Of a stretch of 64,000 nucleotides of DNA, positions 37,239-48,980 are shown in pieces. How positions within the stretch are numbered: position 1 is the stretch's first letter; each line of letters begins with the position of its first letter. This DNA comes from Bugula neritina (Eukaryota > Animalia > Bryozoa): positions 4,227,628-4,291,627 of the forward strand of contig OZ037771.1 in NCBI GenBank assembly GCA_964035545.1, read 5' to 3'. A program made the position numbers and the translations under genes. Below the pieces are notes generated by a model. The model saw only the letters and a program-made list of their open reading frames with translations. It made no database searches and was not told where the DNA came from.

Positions 37239-38105
37239 TTAGTTGCGGCCCGCGGGGAGGGAGAGTGTCCGCGGGCCGTGACAGTTTAACGCCCCCTGGT
37301 ATTGGGGTCGTCCTTTCTGTCCCTGGTCCTGATCAGCGCTACTCCAGCCTTGCCCCACAGGTGTTGGGGGCATCCGCAAGGCCTGACCGGGGCCAGCACC
37401 GGCCAGAATGGTCACCAATTGTCCCAGCATCTCTACCATACGGTCCACTTCGGCTTCCAGCGGGAGGGCTTCGGAGCCTGTCGTAGCCCGAGCAGCGCTG
37501 ACTCCAACTACTGGTGGGTTCCGTTGTGCTCGATGCATTTGGGTAGCCAACAGGTAAGCTTCTCCAGCCTTCAGGGCATCCTCTATTCTGGTTATCCCTT
37601 TAGCTCGTAGGTGATGGTCTAGGCCCAGGTCGTTTAGGGACTGGACAAAGGCGTCATAGGTGTAACGCTCTTGGTGTTGTGCTGGCAGATCGCTATATGC
37701 AATCTGCGCCAGCTTCTTCACCGTCGCGGCATGTTCTTGTAGCGAGGTCCGCGGGGTGCGGCACAATCTCTCCAGCTTGGTCCTGGCGTCTATGACGGAG
37801 GTGCCAAAACGGGCCCGCAGCGCAGCCAGTATGCCGTCTACGTCCGTTCCCACTCCGTACGGCTTGGCTTGCTCCGTCACCGCCCTCCGCAATTTGATAA
37901 GGGCCACTCTATGCGGCCATTGAGCAACTTCCATTACCTCTCTAAATTCTTGTATAAATTGTTCGACATCTTCCGACCCAGTAAAGGTGGGAGCTTTCAA
38001 GCAATGTCTATAAGCTTCTTCTCCTTCACGATTCACAGGATTAACAGCATTTCTACGCTCACCTTGTAAAGTGGGTGGTTGCATTCTAGCATTTTCAGTC
38101 TCCAT
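37239..38105 (-). CDS. gag: Gag (capsid-like), 288 aa
   Basis: Starts 14 nt after the PBS. PTFTG..DVEQFIQEF...AQW, ALRARFG and SLQEHA..VKKLAQIAY are typical Gypsy gag motifs. No CCHC knuckle. Confidence 0.9.
   Translation of the reverse strand: METENARMQPPTLQGERRNAVNPVNREGEEAYRHCLKAPTFTGSEDVEQFIQEFREVMEVAQWPHRVALIKLRRAVTEQAKPYGVGTDVDGILAALRARFGTSVIDARTKLERLCRTPRTSLQEHAATVKKLAQIAYSDLPAQHQERYTYDAFVQSLNDLGLDHHLRAKGITRIEDALKAGEAYLLATQMHRAQRNPPVVGVSAARATTGSEALPLEAEVDRMVEMLGQLVTILAGAGPGQALRMPPTPVGQGWSSADQDQGQKGRPQYQGALNCHGPRTLSLPAGRN
37246..37290 (-). promoter_or_regulatory. Programmed -1 ribosomal frameshift signal (G_UUA_AAC plus 10-bp GC stem)
   Basis: Heptamer at 37290-37284 in gag codon phase, 5-nt spacer, stem CGGCCCGCGG/CCGCGGGCCG with a 13-nt loop. 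It lies inside the gag/pol overlap (37338-37239) and pol is in the -1 frame. Confidence 0.8.
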
Positions 38106-38119
38106 CTTTGATATACACT

Positions 38120-38137
38120 ATCCCACTGCTGCCACCA
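38120..38137 (-). other. Primer binding site, tRNA-Leu type
   Basis: TGGTGGCAGCAGTGGGAT lies 1 nt inside the 5' LTR. Its complement ATCCCACTGCTGCCACCA resembles the 3' end of tRNA-Leu(AAG/TAG) including CCA. Confidence 0.8.
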
Positions 38138-38138
38138 C

Positions 38139-38443
38139 TGTTATAGTTTTCAGATTTAGGGTTGATGTGTCACCAAGAGAGTCTATTTAACACTAGAGAA
38201 ACTTCACCAGTTAAGTCGAGTAGATATCGTTATATTTAATACAAGAATACATAATAAAAATCCAATGTACAACAGTAATGATACGCACGTCTATTTAGTT
38301 TACAGCACTATCCTCAACTGAGCTAGTAGCGCGAAGCGGCTACTATTACTTATCAAACAGCTTAGCTAATTGGCTAATACATTGTTCCGGGTCAATACGC
38401 AACCTTGCGTATTGTGTTGCTGGTAGCTCCACGAGCCACCACA
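38139..38443 (-). repeat. 5' LTR (305 bp)
   Basis: TGTGGTGG...TAACA in element orientation, with CCAAT, Inr-like TCAGTT and ATTAAA; identical to the 3' LTR. Confidence 0.97.
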
Positions 38444-39163
38444 CTATTACTAATACAATAGTAATACTAATAGTAATAGTTCTAAAGTGATCTATTACTA
38501 TTAGTACTATTACTTTATTATTATAACTATTGCCGTAAAAAAATTAAGCTATAACAATGAATAATGAGGAAGAGAACAATACTAATACTAATAGTAAGAG
38601 GCTAGTATAACATTAACTATAAGTATAAGATTAAGTATATTTCAAAATCAATGTGAATGTCTCACTCTGACTCTCAGTCCGTGACTCACTCTCAGTCTGA
38701 GTTCCTGTGACTGTGCAGCGTCAATTTGAATTTATTAGAACTCAAACCAGCTTTAGTTTTATCACTCACTCTCTTTTAGTATCACTTGCTAGCATTAAAA
38801 TTGAATAAACCATGCATTTTATTTCAATGCCAGCTAGTATCGTTATGGCTAAGCAAAAAACTTCTCAAGCTTTCCAGCCCGGAAGACCGCATTTCACGCC
38901 AATAGGATTGTGTAGAGAAGGACCAGCATGCTCATGTTGTGACATGTGATCTAACAGATAAACAATGTCGAAAAGTTAAATTAATAGTTAAAAGAGTTGT
39001 CTTCTCCAACGGAGTGAGACTACAAATATACCTAGAAGCGTTACTGTGCTCGCTACAAGTTGTATCCAGGCAACAATTAACTATACTCATCGGAGTACGA
39101 CTTGGGCTAACTCATAAAACTGGAAAAGCTCTACAACTTCCAAAACTCTAGATTATAGCAGAG

Positions 39164-41013
39164 ATGGAAATGAGAAATGATTGCCCAGACACATTTTCTC
39201 ATGAACTGTCTTTACCAAAAACTATTTCAGGGTTAAACATCTGGTAAGTAGCTCCACGAGAACATAATATATAACAATAAGCTTGTAACTTTACAGTTAC
39301 ACTCACTGCATTATCATTATGACTTATCATTTTATAGCAGGTTGTGAATACATGATTTTCTTAATTTGTGAAAACATAATGTCAGTCATTGTATATATGA
39401 ATAATAGCTGCAGTATTGAATTATTATTGTGTCTTAGGCCACCTAAGGATCCAAATGTGACTACCAGAGATATTTATGTGAGTATTGAAATAATTTTAAG
39501 CTGCATTCAACTTTTTTTATATAACGTTTATGACACATTATAACGTTATATGTGTATAATATTTAGGTTAAGCATTATATAAACATAAAAATTCTTAAGT
39601 TTAGGTAAATATGTATTTTACAATCAGCATTAATGCTTGAAAACTTTTATAGAGCCCAATGAGGCCAATTGGAACTGCTGAGATTAACGATGAGTTGTTT
39701 GTTAATCCTGAGCCAACCTCAGAAAATAAATTTTTGGTAATAAATGTATTGTAAATGTTTTATAGTTTTCTGCACCAACAATAATTGCTTCTTTGCACTT
39801 ACAATAGACTCTGGCACTAAATATAATTTATCATTGTTTCAATAAATAAACATTGTATTATCATTTTTAGAAAGACACAAATTCATAATATTTGTATCTT
39901 TAGTTGCTAATCGGTTTGGCTATTCAAAGTGCACATGAGTAGCTACAATTAGAATCACTTTCCACGTTAAATTAAGAATATATGTAACTTTAATTTTGAA
40001 GATATGACTGTAAATGCGATATAATAGACAGTTGTACAACATAAATTTATAGAGTGCCAGTAACCGTGGCCATAGAAGGGGAAATTTTGTTGTAAACCCT
40101 GAATGGATTTCTGAAGACAAATCAGATCCTCCGAAGACAATCCGAACAATTGGTAGAGTGTACGAACCCAATGCTGTTGATTTCCACGGTGCACGAGATT
40201 TACATGCCAAGACTTGGGAACAAGCTCGAATCTACCCGGGACATGGAACTAATCCTCATCTTGCTTTGCCAGGGTAAAATAAAATGAACCCAAGTTTTTA
40301 ACATGAATATGACACCCTGGAAAAAACTTCAAAACTGTGAAATGTGGTAATTTTCAACTTGATCACAGCAGTTATTTGTGAATGCCACATAGGCTAGTAT
40401 GAAACGTACAATGTAGTCTGATATACTAAGGAATGTGAGTTTGACAAATATCAATTTATCACAAATTGTAAATTTTTTTAGATATACTCCTTTTAAATAT
40501 GATCCATTGCACTACCGCGAAGGGAAACAGGAAATAGCTGACTCATGGCCCTACAATCAGTTTCAGACAGTCGCAGACCCGTTGGACAGTCAGCTGAGTG
40601 TTCCCGTTAGAGCACGAACAGCAGCCGGAACTTATTACACACATGTCCCAGAAGACAACAGCCAGTACACAAAAGAGCTGAATGACCTACATGCCGTGCA
40701 TGTTCATGATAAGATGACCTCGGGAAAACCCGACATTGAAACGCGAGAGTTTACCAGAAGTAACAGAGAAATCTTGTACGGCTACAATCGAGCAATCCCG
40801 AATGGCAGTGAGTATGCTGAAAAAGTTAGCTTGCCTCAGCCATACGGAACTGGTGGTCACAGGGAGCTTACTGATCTGTTCGCCAACACATATTCACGTA
40901 ATCTGCCCCAAATGTTGTTTCGGAAAGCTCAGCATGCCCATGCACCCTGGCATGCTTACATGTCGTTCTGTGATTGGGGTGAAGCACCCCGCCAGGCTAA
41001 GCCGGTTGCTTAG
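39164..41013 (+). CDS. Uncharacterised protein, about 318 aa, 5 exons
   Basis: Exons 39164-39243, 39438-39477, 39653-39736, 40053-40273, 40482-41013; GT-AG and phase-compatible (957 nt). No family recognised; start codon uncertain. Confidence 0.75.
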
Positions 41014-41648
41014 ATAATAAAGCTTACATTGACTAATATGTCTGAATCAGTTCTCTTTCATAAGCTGGTCAATAGCCTGTGCAGTGAGTCAAGCAATTTC
41101 TGTATAACTTACATGTTTTCTTTTCCAATCATGTAATGTTGTAATCTATACGATTATTTGCTTTATTATGTGAAACTATGTGCTTATATAATGCTAATTG
41201 CTCAATTTTATTATTTTTATAGTTTGTTGCATATTTTTTTAATGTAATTGTATATTCGTATGGAGTTGTACGCTCAATAGAGTCGTCTTGTACGAAATAG
41301 TTGAAGAGTGTTTGAATGTTTCCGCTAATGGCTGAAAAGTTAAGCTCAAATGATTTTTGTCCATATTTTTTGTTGTAATTTATAATTTCATTTCTATTTA
41401 AATTTTCATTTGATATATTTATTTTTATGTCAAGTATTGAAGAAGCAAATAATGCATCTATGTGATTATATATATTTATACAATAATATATTCAATGTTA
41501 GCCATAAAAGGCCTTATTTGATCAATTTTTACAGTATACAACAGTTATACAATCTATTACAGATATTACCGAAAAAACTTGCCTGTGTCCAATTTTTAAT
41601 TTGATAATAGTATAAAAAATGTTTAGTATTGACTCCTAGATATATCAG

Positions 41649-44600
41649 TTATCGCTGCGGGGCATCGCAATAACTAGCCTCCATTAAAGCCAAATCAGCC
41701 AAGTCGTCTTTTACTATTCCAATAAGTTCTTGCAGTCCTTTCTGTTGCTGGAGAAGATGCTGTAATATAAATTACAAGTATACATATTAACAAATATGTT
41801 CGTTACCAAATCAATAACATATAATAAAAAATAACATTGACCTTGCAATTGAAGCAAATCAAAAATCAGGTTGAATAGGAATATGATGTTGCACATTGTG
41901 CTTTTTCTATTTCCATTACCTAAAGAATGAAAAATGGTTGAACATATTTATTTAAAAGCTGATTAAAAATTATTTGCAATATTAGTACAAGTCGGAGTAA
42001 CAATTTGTTCAAAGATAAATAGAAAGCGACTTTTACACTTACAGATTTAATCTCCTCCGTAAGTATTTCATCTAATTGACCTTGACCTCCGTCACCGGCA
42101 GATGCAGCAAACGACTGATTCTGCAGACGTATTTGAGAGAGCAGTTCATTCAATCGACTCTGCATATAAAATAATAGTAAATAAATATTACATCAACAAT
42201 AAACCTGGTTAGTTAGACGGCAGTACTAGTGAATACTAGTGAATACTAGTAGTACTAGTGAGTGAGTAGTGAGTGAGAGTAGTGAGCGAGTAGTGAGTAG
42301 TAGTAGTGGTAGTAGTAGTAGTAGTAGTAGTAATACTATTGGTACAAGCAAGACTAATAATAGTTACATCATATGTAGTAGGGGTACTACTAGTGGTAGT
42401 ATTACTACTAATAGTATAACTAGTAGTAGGAGAAAGTCTATTAGTACTAGCTATAAGTTACAGTGCCCATTTAGTAACAGCTCTAGTAACAGTAGATCTG
42501 CAAGCAGGCACCCATAGTTAAATTAGTCTAAAACTGAACAACATTCAACACACTGTCTCCTTTGTATGACAGCATATCATCCTGTATACTACTAACTAAA
42601 TACATGGCTAAGATGACTGCACTAAAATGTACCATTGCTTGGACTAAATCTAAACTAAGCTAATAAGTAAACGTGGTATATAAAGATATTTATATCCCCT
42701 ACCCGAACACGGGAAAGGTGAGAAAGGTGAGAATAAAGATCCTGTTAACATGACGATGATTGATTAATTCAATACAAGGTTACTCTGAAAGTACCTACAG
42801 TATACAACATAAGTTTCAAATACTTATATCAGCACCTTGAACTGTGTGGGGGCATTAAGCTCCTGGTGTATGGCCTCTAGTTTGATTCTCAGCTGCTCCT
42901 CTTCTGCTAAGATGCCGTATCCCATTTTCCTGTGAATTTCCTGTTGCACAATGACCTTGAGTACACGGTGACCTAGACTGAGATGTTTGCGTTTGTACTC
43001 TTCAATACGGGACACCGTGGTAGCGTGACTCTGCTGCAGTGTTTTCATTTCCTCTTCAATCACCTAGTGAGAAATCATCAACACATAAACACTGATCTCT
43101 AAAACTATCAACTTAGGGCAGATGTCAAAAGAAACCACATTGCATTAAAGCATCTTATAATAATAGATGTTGGCACAAGAAAATAATATAAAAATACAAA
43201 AGCACATGCTATAAGCTGTCAAGATGACAGCATACTCTGACACTAAACTATATAATAATACACAAGCACATACTATAAGCTGTCAAGCATACTCACGTCT
43301 AAGCGCTGCTGATGGAATTTACACTGCTGCTCTTGATGTGTGAGACGTCGATGAAGCTCCGAGAACCCGACCATGGGGACAGGAAGTAGGTTCTTAGGGT
43401 CAGGGTTATCCTTCTTGGCTTGCTGCCAGAGGATTGGATCCAAACCTGCATGAAATAAATATCAAACTTCAAACCAGACAAACTATTTAAGTTAAAACGG
43501 CACAAATGAGCCAATTATGATCTGGTATAGAAAACATGAACACAATACAAATACTAATTTAATACACAATAACTGAACAAATTCATCCCTAGTTAAAATA
43601 ACTAGTATTATAATGATGCATTACAGTTTCACTTTAATTCAACATAACCTATCACTAGGAACAAACATGAAAAGATTGTTATATATTTTTAAACAATTAT
43701 AGTAAATTCTTAGTTGAAACCATTCCAAAAAGCTATTTGTTCCTATCAACAATATAATCAATATATTTAATTGCTTAGCTTTGATGATCTTAAATATTAA
43801 CTAAACCTGTCTCTAAGAAGTGCTATAGACTAGAATGTAAAAGGGTCATTTTTATTTAATTTAGTAAACACTCAAAATCTTCCGGTTTTTTTCTATTTTT
43901 CACAATTTAGCTGCTAATTTATTTGGGGTTTTGCCCAAAATTAATAAAATATCAATAGGCACAACTAAGTAATCAAGGCTCCTTTTAATTTTGCTTGATT
44001 TCATATGTTTTTTTCTAATTATCGAGTTAATTTGGATTTGCGGAGCGTCACAGTTTTTTTCGTGACGGTCCGAGAATAATAGCACAGAGCATTTGGTAAA
44101 CAGCTGACCAGAAGGGGGCGTGTCCAGGTAATATTGTAACGCTGACTCAGACATTGATGCCTTCGGAATAACCTGCTCTACGCCAGCATTCTTCAACTGA
44201 GTACTGACGTTACTCTGACACAACGCTTTGTGCAGAAGAGAGGCTTGCACCTTCTTCACACTGCCATTGGGTAGTCTATCTTGTACATAAACGACCATCT
44301 CAGTCCTGTGCATAACAACCAAGCAAGTATAATTACAGGTTTTTTAAAAACAAACTTAAGGGTATGAGGCCGTCTGCCTCTCCTCAAAAACATGATGAAA
44401 AGAACTTAACTTTCAAGATTTTTAGCAAATTATTGCTTGTCAAAAAGTTGATACAAATCTCACACAAGATAGAGAAGATTATATGCTTTGACTAAAGACA
44501 TGATTCCTACAAACTCACTTCTTATCTGGTAGTTCCCTGAGTGAATCCACACACACACTCAATGTAGGCTGGTTGCCTAGAAGCCCCGTAAGGAAGTTGA

Positions 44601-46677
44601 CAGATGCCTGCTGGTTATTCTGGAGGTCTAGCAGAGGCTTGTTTGTTATCAGTGCCACCAGACCATCCTCGTCTTTACTGTTTGGTATGAAGCTGTATCC
44701 CACTGCCTGTTCAAACACAATCCTCAACGGTGAACAGTTCTCATTACATATAAGCCACCAGTTCACCTGCAGGCTTCATAGTAATTATCGCAGCAAATAC
44801 ATACTCAGCAAAGAAAAATGTTATAGTCAAATGGCATACCTTGAAAGCACAAAAAGGATTTTCTGGAGTGAAATCTGCAGAGTTGTTCTGAGAGACGTAA
44901 CCCTTCCCAGTTCCCCAAAAGGCCTACAGATTAAAATACCCTATATGGTAGTACAATCAGTACACTACTTATTTACCATTTCAGCCAATTTTTATTACTT
45001 ATCACAACGGTACCCTGTCCAAGAAGCTTACGAAAAACTTACCTGTAGTTGATTCCATTTGGCTAAAATAGCGTCTCTTTCATCGTTGAACACAACTGGC
45101 ATGTGAACGGCGGATATTACAAGCATGTCATTGCTGACTGCAGTTTGCTGCTGCTGCGCCACATTCCCACCTACATTCATTTTGCAATAGCATTTCTATC
45201 ACAAGTATTCAGTAAAACTATTGCAGAAGAAAACTGAAACTTAAAATTTAAAGATGTAAATCGCTGTATTGTAGTATTTCACTGACCAAAAGCAGTTGCA
45301 CCTGTGGTAGTAAGCCCAGTATTTCACTTACCAAAAGCAGTTGCACCTGTGGTAGTAAGCCCAGTATTTCACTTACCAAGAGCAGTTGCACCTGTGGTAG
45401 TAAGCCCAGTATTTCACTTACCAAAAGCAGTTGCACCTGTGGTAGTAAGCCCAGTATTTCACTTACCAAAAGCAGTTGCACCTGTGGTAGTAAGCCCAGT
45501 ATTTCACTTACCAAAAGCAGTTGCACCTGTGGTAGTAAGCCCAGTATTTCACTTACCAAAAGCAGTTGCACCTGTGGTAGTAAGCCCAGTATTTCACTTA
45601 CCAAAAGCAGTTGCACCTGTGGTAGTAAGCCCAGTATTTCACTTACCAAAAGCAGTTGCACCTGTGGTAGTAAGCCCAGTTGGGGCAGTACTGGCTGCAG
45701 AGCCAAAATTGAAAGCCGATGCTGTAGTAGTTGTAGCCGGCTTTCCAAATCCAAAAGACGTGCCTCCACCAAACAAAGATGGAGCAGAAGTGGTGGTTGT
45801 GGCACCAAAAAGACCAGCAGAAGTGCTAGCTGGAGTTCCAAAGTTGAACGCAGAGGTGTTAGCGCCTGTGGCTGCAGTTCCAAAACCAAAAGAAGTTGTC
45901 GTAGAAACTGGGGCAGTGGCTGGTTTCGCACCAAAAGCTGTAGAACCAAAGCTAAAGGAGGATGCGGTGGTAGTTGCGGGTTTTGCACCAAAAGCTGGGG
46001 TGCCAAAACTGAATGGCGTTGTGGAAGCAGTAGTTTTAGCAGTGAAACCAAAGTTTGAGAGAGTGTTACCAGATGAAGTCGTACTCGTACCAAACCCTGA
46101 AACAATAAAATTCTTATTTCACAAAAACCAAAGAATTGCTAAAATCACATGTGATTCTCACAAAGTTAAATTATATTACTTATTTCTGGTTTCCATTCAA
46201 GCTAATTTACACTATTTGCAAATTTTCTAACTTCATCTCTTATATCAGCTGCCTTATTTAAATCAATCTACTTTCAAGATTTTGATAGCATGTATTGAAG
46301 ACTTGATTGCATGCACAAGCCTTAACTCTTCTATGTTTTTCCATGTATCTTACCTTAAGTCAACTCCTTGTATTTACATTGTAATTTCCTCTGGTCACAC
46401 CAAATTAATGCTATGCATTTGTGAGGACATTATGCTACGACAATGTTTATGATTCTATTTGATAAATACATGCTAAGGCCACCTGCTGTCACATTTCATT
46501 TGCGGTCCCATATTTTAAGCTGCTTGTCTTCAGCTATCATAAATCTTTTAGAATAAAATAAAAGAAATATTAGTTAATGAAATCAAACACTAACACAACT
46601 GACAACAGTTGAGTAACTACAAAATAATGAACAAATAAAATATTGCATCGTGGTTGAAGATACTTACCAAATGCCAT
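41649..46677 (-). CDS. NUP54: Nucleoporin p54, about 553 aa, 10 exons
   Basis: Exons 46677-46668, 46096-45647 (FG repeats), 45170-45043, 44923-44840, 44706-44519, 44305-44109, 43445-43297, 43063-42836, 42159-42043, 41759-41649. Motifs DERDAILAKWNQLQAFWGTGKG, NPFCAFKAVGYS, W.QAK.DNPDP..L.PVPMVGF and a coiled-coil C-terminus. Confidence 0.95.
42220..42450. repeat. (TAG)n-rich low-complexity tract in a NUP54 intron
   Basis: agtagtagt runs seen directly. Confidence 0.8.
45273..45680. repeat. 45-bp tandem repeat x9 spanning the NUP54 exon 2 donor site
   Basis: Unit on the minus strand is ACTGGGCTTACTACCACAGGTGCAACTGCTTTTG|GTAAGTGAAAT; copies are near-identical. Confidence 0.95.
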
Positions 46678-47644
46678 TTCAACAAAATTGAGAGATTCCT
46701 TCCTTTATGCTAACTCTGATCAGACAACCATATTCACAACAGCTACAATACAAAACAATGCAGACTTAACCTTCCCAAAAAGTAAAATCATTTCTAAATC
46801 ATTTACAATTACTAAATGAAAAGATGAAAAAATAGAAGCTTTAAGTTTTAGTTTATATTAAACATAATATTAATAATCATAATGATATCGTAATTATGAT
46901 TTTGATTTTAATATGATAATCATAATTGTGACTATTATTATCAATATGAATATTATTATGAATTTCTTAATCACAATGAGTGAATGACAATGGCATGGGC
47001 AGGCATGTGGCATGGCCATCATTACGACATTTACAAAATGAAAATCAAAACAAGTCAAACTCAATCACAATGGCTCATTTATTTTCGAGCTTTAAAGAGT
47101 ATGACAAACACATTGTCAATTAATACGCTAAGCTGGCAACAGCTAAGCTTTGTAATGCAGTGTTAATAGTGGTGGCTAAAGCCATTTTATAGAGCTTCAG
47201 TGGTGCCAAAACCCAATGAATTCGATATTTTAAATTTTTTTTACACTTATATAGAATAAAAGAAACTATCACAATCGCTGTGTCTCTTTTTATAGTCCTA
47301 TCTCATAAAATTTGTTGAACTTGTCCAATATTATCAACTTTTTAACCTACAAATATATCACAATTTCAATTAAAAATACTAAATTTAATATTTTAAAACT
47401 TTTAGTGTTAATTTGAGTTCAGATAAAAAAAGATAATTATTTACATGCAACGATTTCAATATTATTGTGTAGAGTTATCGCATTAATTATAACAAACATA
47501 GCTTTATAAGTATCACATATATCGTTTTTTTTTTTTCGGTTAACCCCTTCTTGCGTGATTCCAATCATGTTATGTGTTATTGGAGTTTTCTTTCTGCATA
47601 ACATCCAATTCATTTCAGGAAAAATGATCATCATGGCAAATAGT

Positions 47645-48285
47645 CAAATACTATTACTATTAGTATTACTATTAGTATTACTAATAGTAGTTGTAGTAGT
47701 TCTATTATTTGAAATTTGTGTTGTTGTTTAATTACCCGTTCATTTTATGATTATGTTCATGTTTTAATATTGATATTAATCTTAGTACTAACACTAACAG
47801 TAAATGTAATAGTAATACTAACACTAACAGTAACACTAATACTAATAGTAATACTAATACTAGTAGTACTAGTAGTAATACTGTACTAGTAGTTATGCTA
47901 ATACTAATAGTAATACTAATACTAATAGTGATACTTATACTAATACTAATACTAATACTAATAGTAATTCTGATTTTAAATCCTAATTCTAATACTAATA
48001 CTAATAGTAATACTATTACTAATAATTATATTAATGTTTATTATATTATAATTGATATTATCATAATAATAATGATAATTTGCTTTGTGATACTGATAGT
48101 GATAGTGATACTGATAGTCAATGATGTTTGTCAAACTCAATGTCATAGTGATATTAATAATACTATTATAATTATAGTCTCTGCTTCTATTTCTAGTTAT
48201 AGTATAAGTTATAGGTAATACTATTACTTATACTTATAGTTATAGTTATACTGAGTGTTATGATAATCATCATTATGATCATAGT
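47645..48285. repeat. Low-complexity TAN-triplet tract between NUP54 and ATP11
   Basis: tactaa, tagtaa and tattat runs. Confidence 0.85.
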
Positions 48286-48980
48286 GAAAGGCATCTATAC
48301 TGTTTACAAGTCTCAAAGTGAGATTATTTCCTTTTTCATTTAGGATAACACCAACAGCAAGTAGGTTCTTGTGAGTTTGTTCTAAGCCTAGTTTTGGTAT
48401 AAATAATAAATTTTATACCTTAGGTTAAAATTCAAGCAGCAAACGTATGTTAAAATATGTTGTGTGTATGTACATGCTTTTGTGAATGTCACAATCAAAC
48501 AACAAAATCGAAAATTGATCAACCACACAAGTTTTTATTCCAGTGGCATAAGTTCTGATCGACAACATATATTTGAATAACTGAGTTCTCTGAAACCATC
48601 TTTTTAAATTTTGTACATAGGACTCATTGATGTAATTTAGTTTTTCAGGATTTTGTATAAACTTTCATTTAATGTAGATACTAGATAAAGTACTTTAATT
48701 ATTTTTATGAGAGAGATTATAGAAAAACTATATGTTTTTAAGTCGATGTGAAGAAAATTTAACTATTAAGTTATCAATTCAGTTATAGTTCTATTTTTTG
48801 TCAGGCTTATGAGTTCATAATTATTATTCATTTTATTTTTTTTGATAAACTAGTGCAATTGTCATTTTGTCAACATGTTATATTTTGATAAAGTTGGTAT
48901 TTCAATCCAGCTAACACAATCATTACAACAACCAAAGTTACATGTTTGCTATCGGATATTTTTAGTGGCGTAGGTGAAGA

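Larger units (their letters stand above)
30999..38443 (-). mobile_element. Full-length Ty3/Gypsy (Metaviridae) LTR retrotransposon, 7445 bp, gag-pol plus ORF3
   Basis: Identical TG...CA LTRs, 4-bp TSD CTAT (30995-30998 and 38444-38447), PBS, PPT, and pol domain order PR-RT-RH-INT. Confidence 0.98.

Noticed and set aside
32861-38069. Many plus-strand ORFs within the retrotransposon
   Set aside because: Antisense shadows of GC-rich coding sequence with no motifs.
39248-39260. 13-bp match (gtagctccacgag) to the LTR end
   Set aside because: A match this short between a 305-bp LTR and 64 kb is roughly expected by chance.
45248-46230. 285-aa and 308-aa repeat ORFs
   Set aside because: Alternative-frame and antisense readings of the NUP54 FG exon plus the 45-bp repeat.
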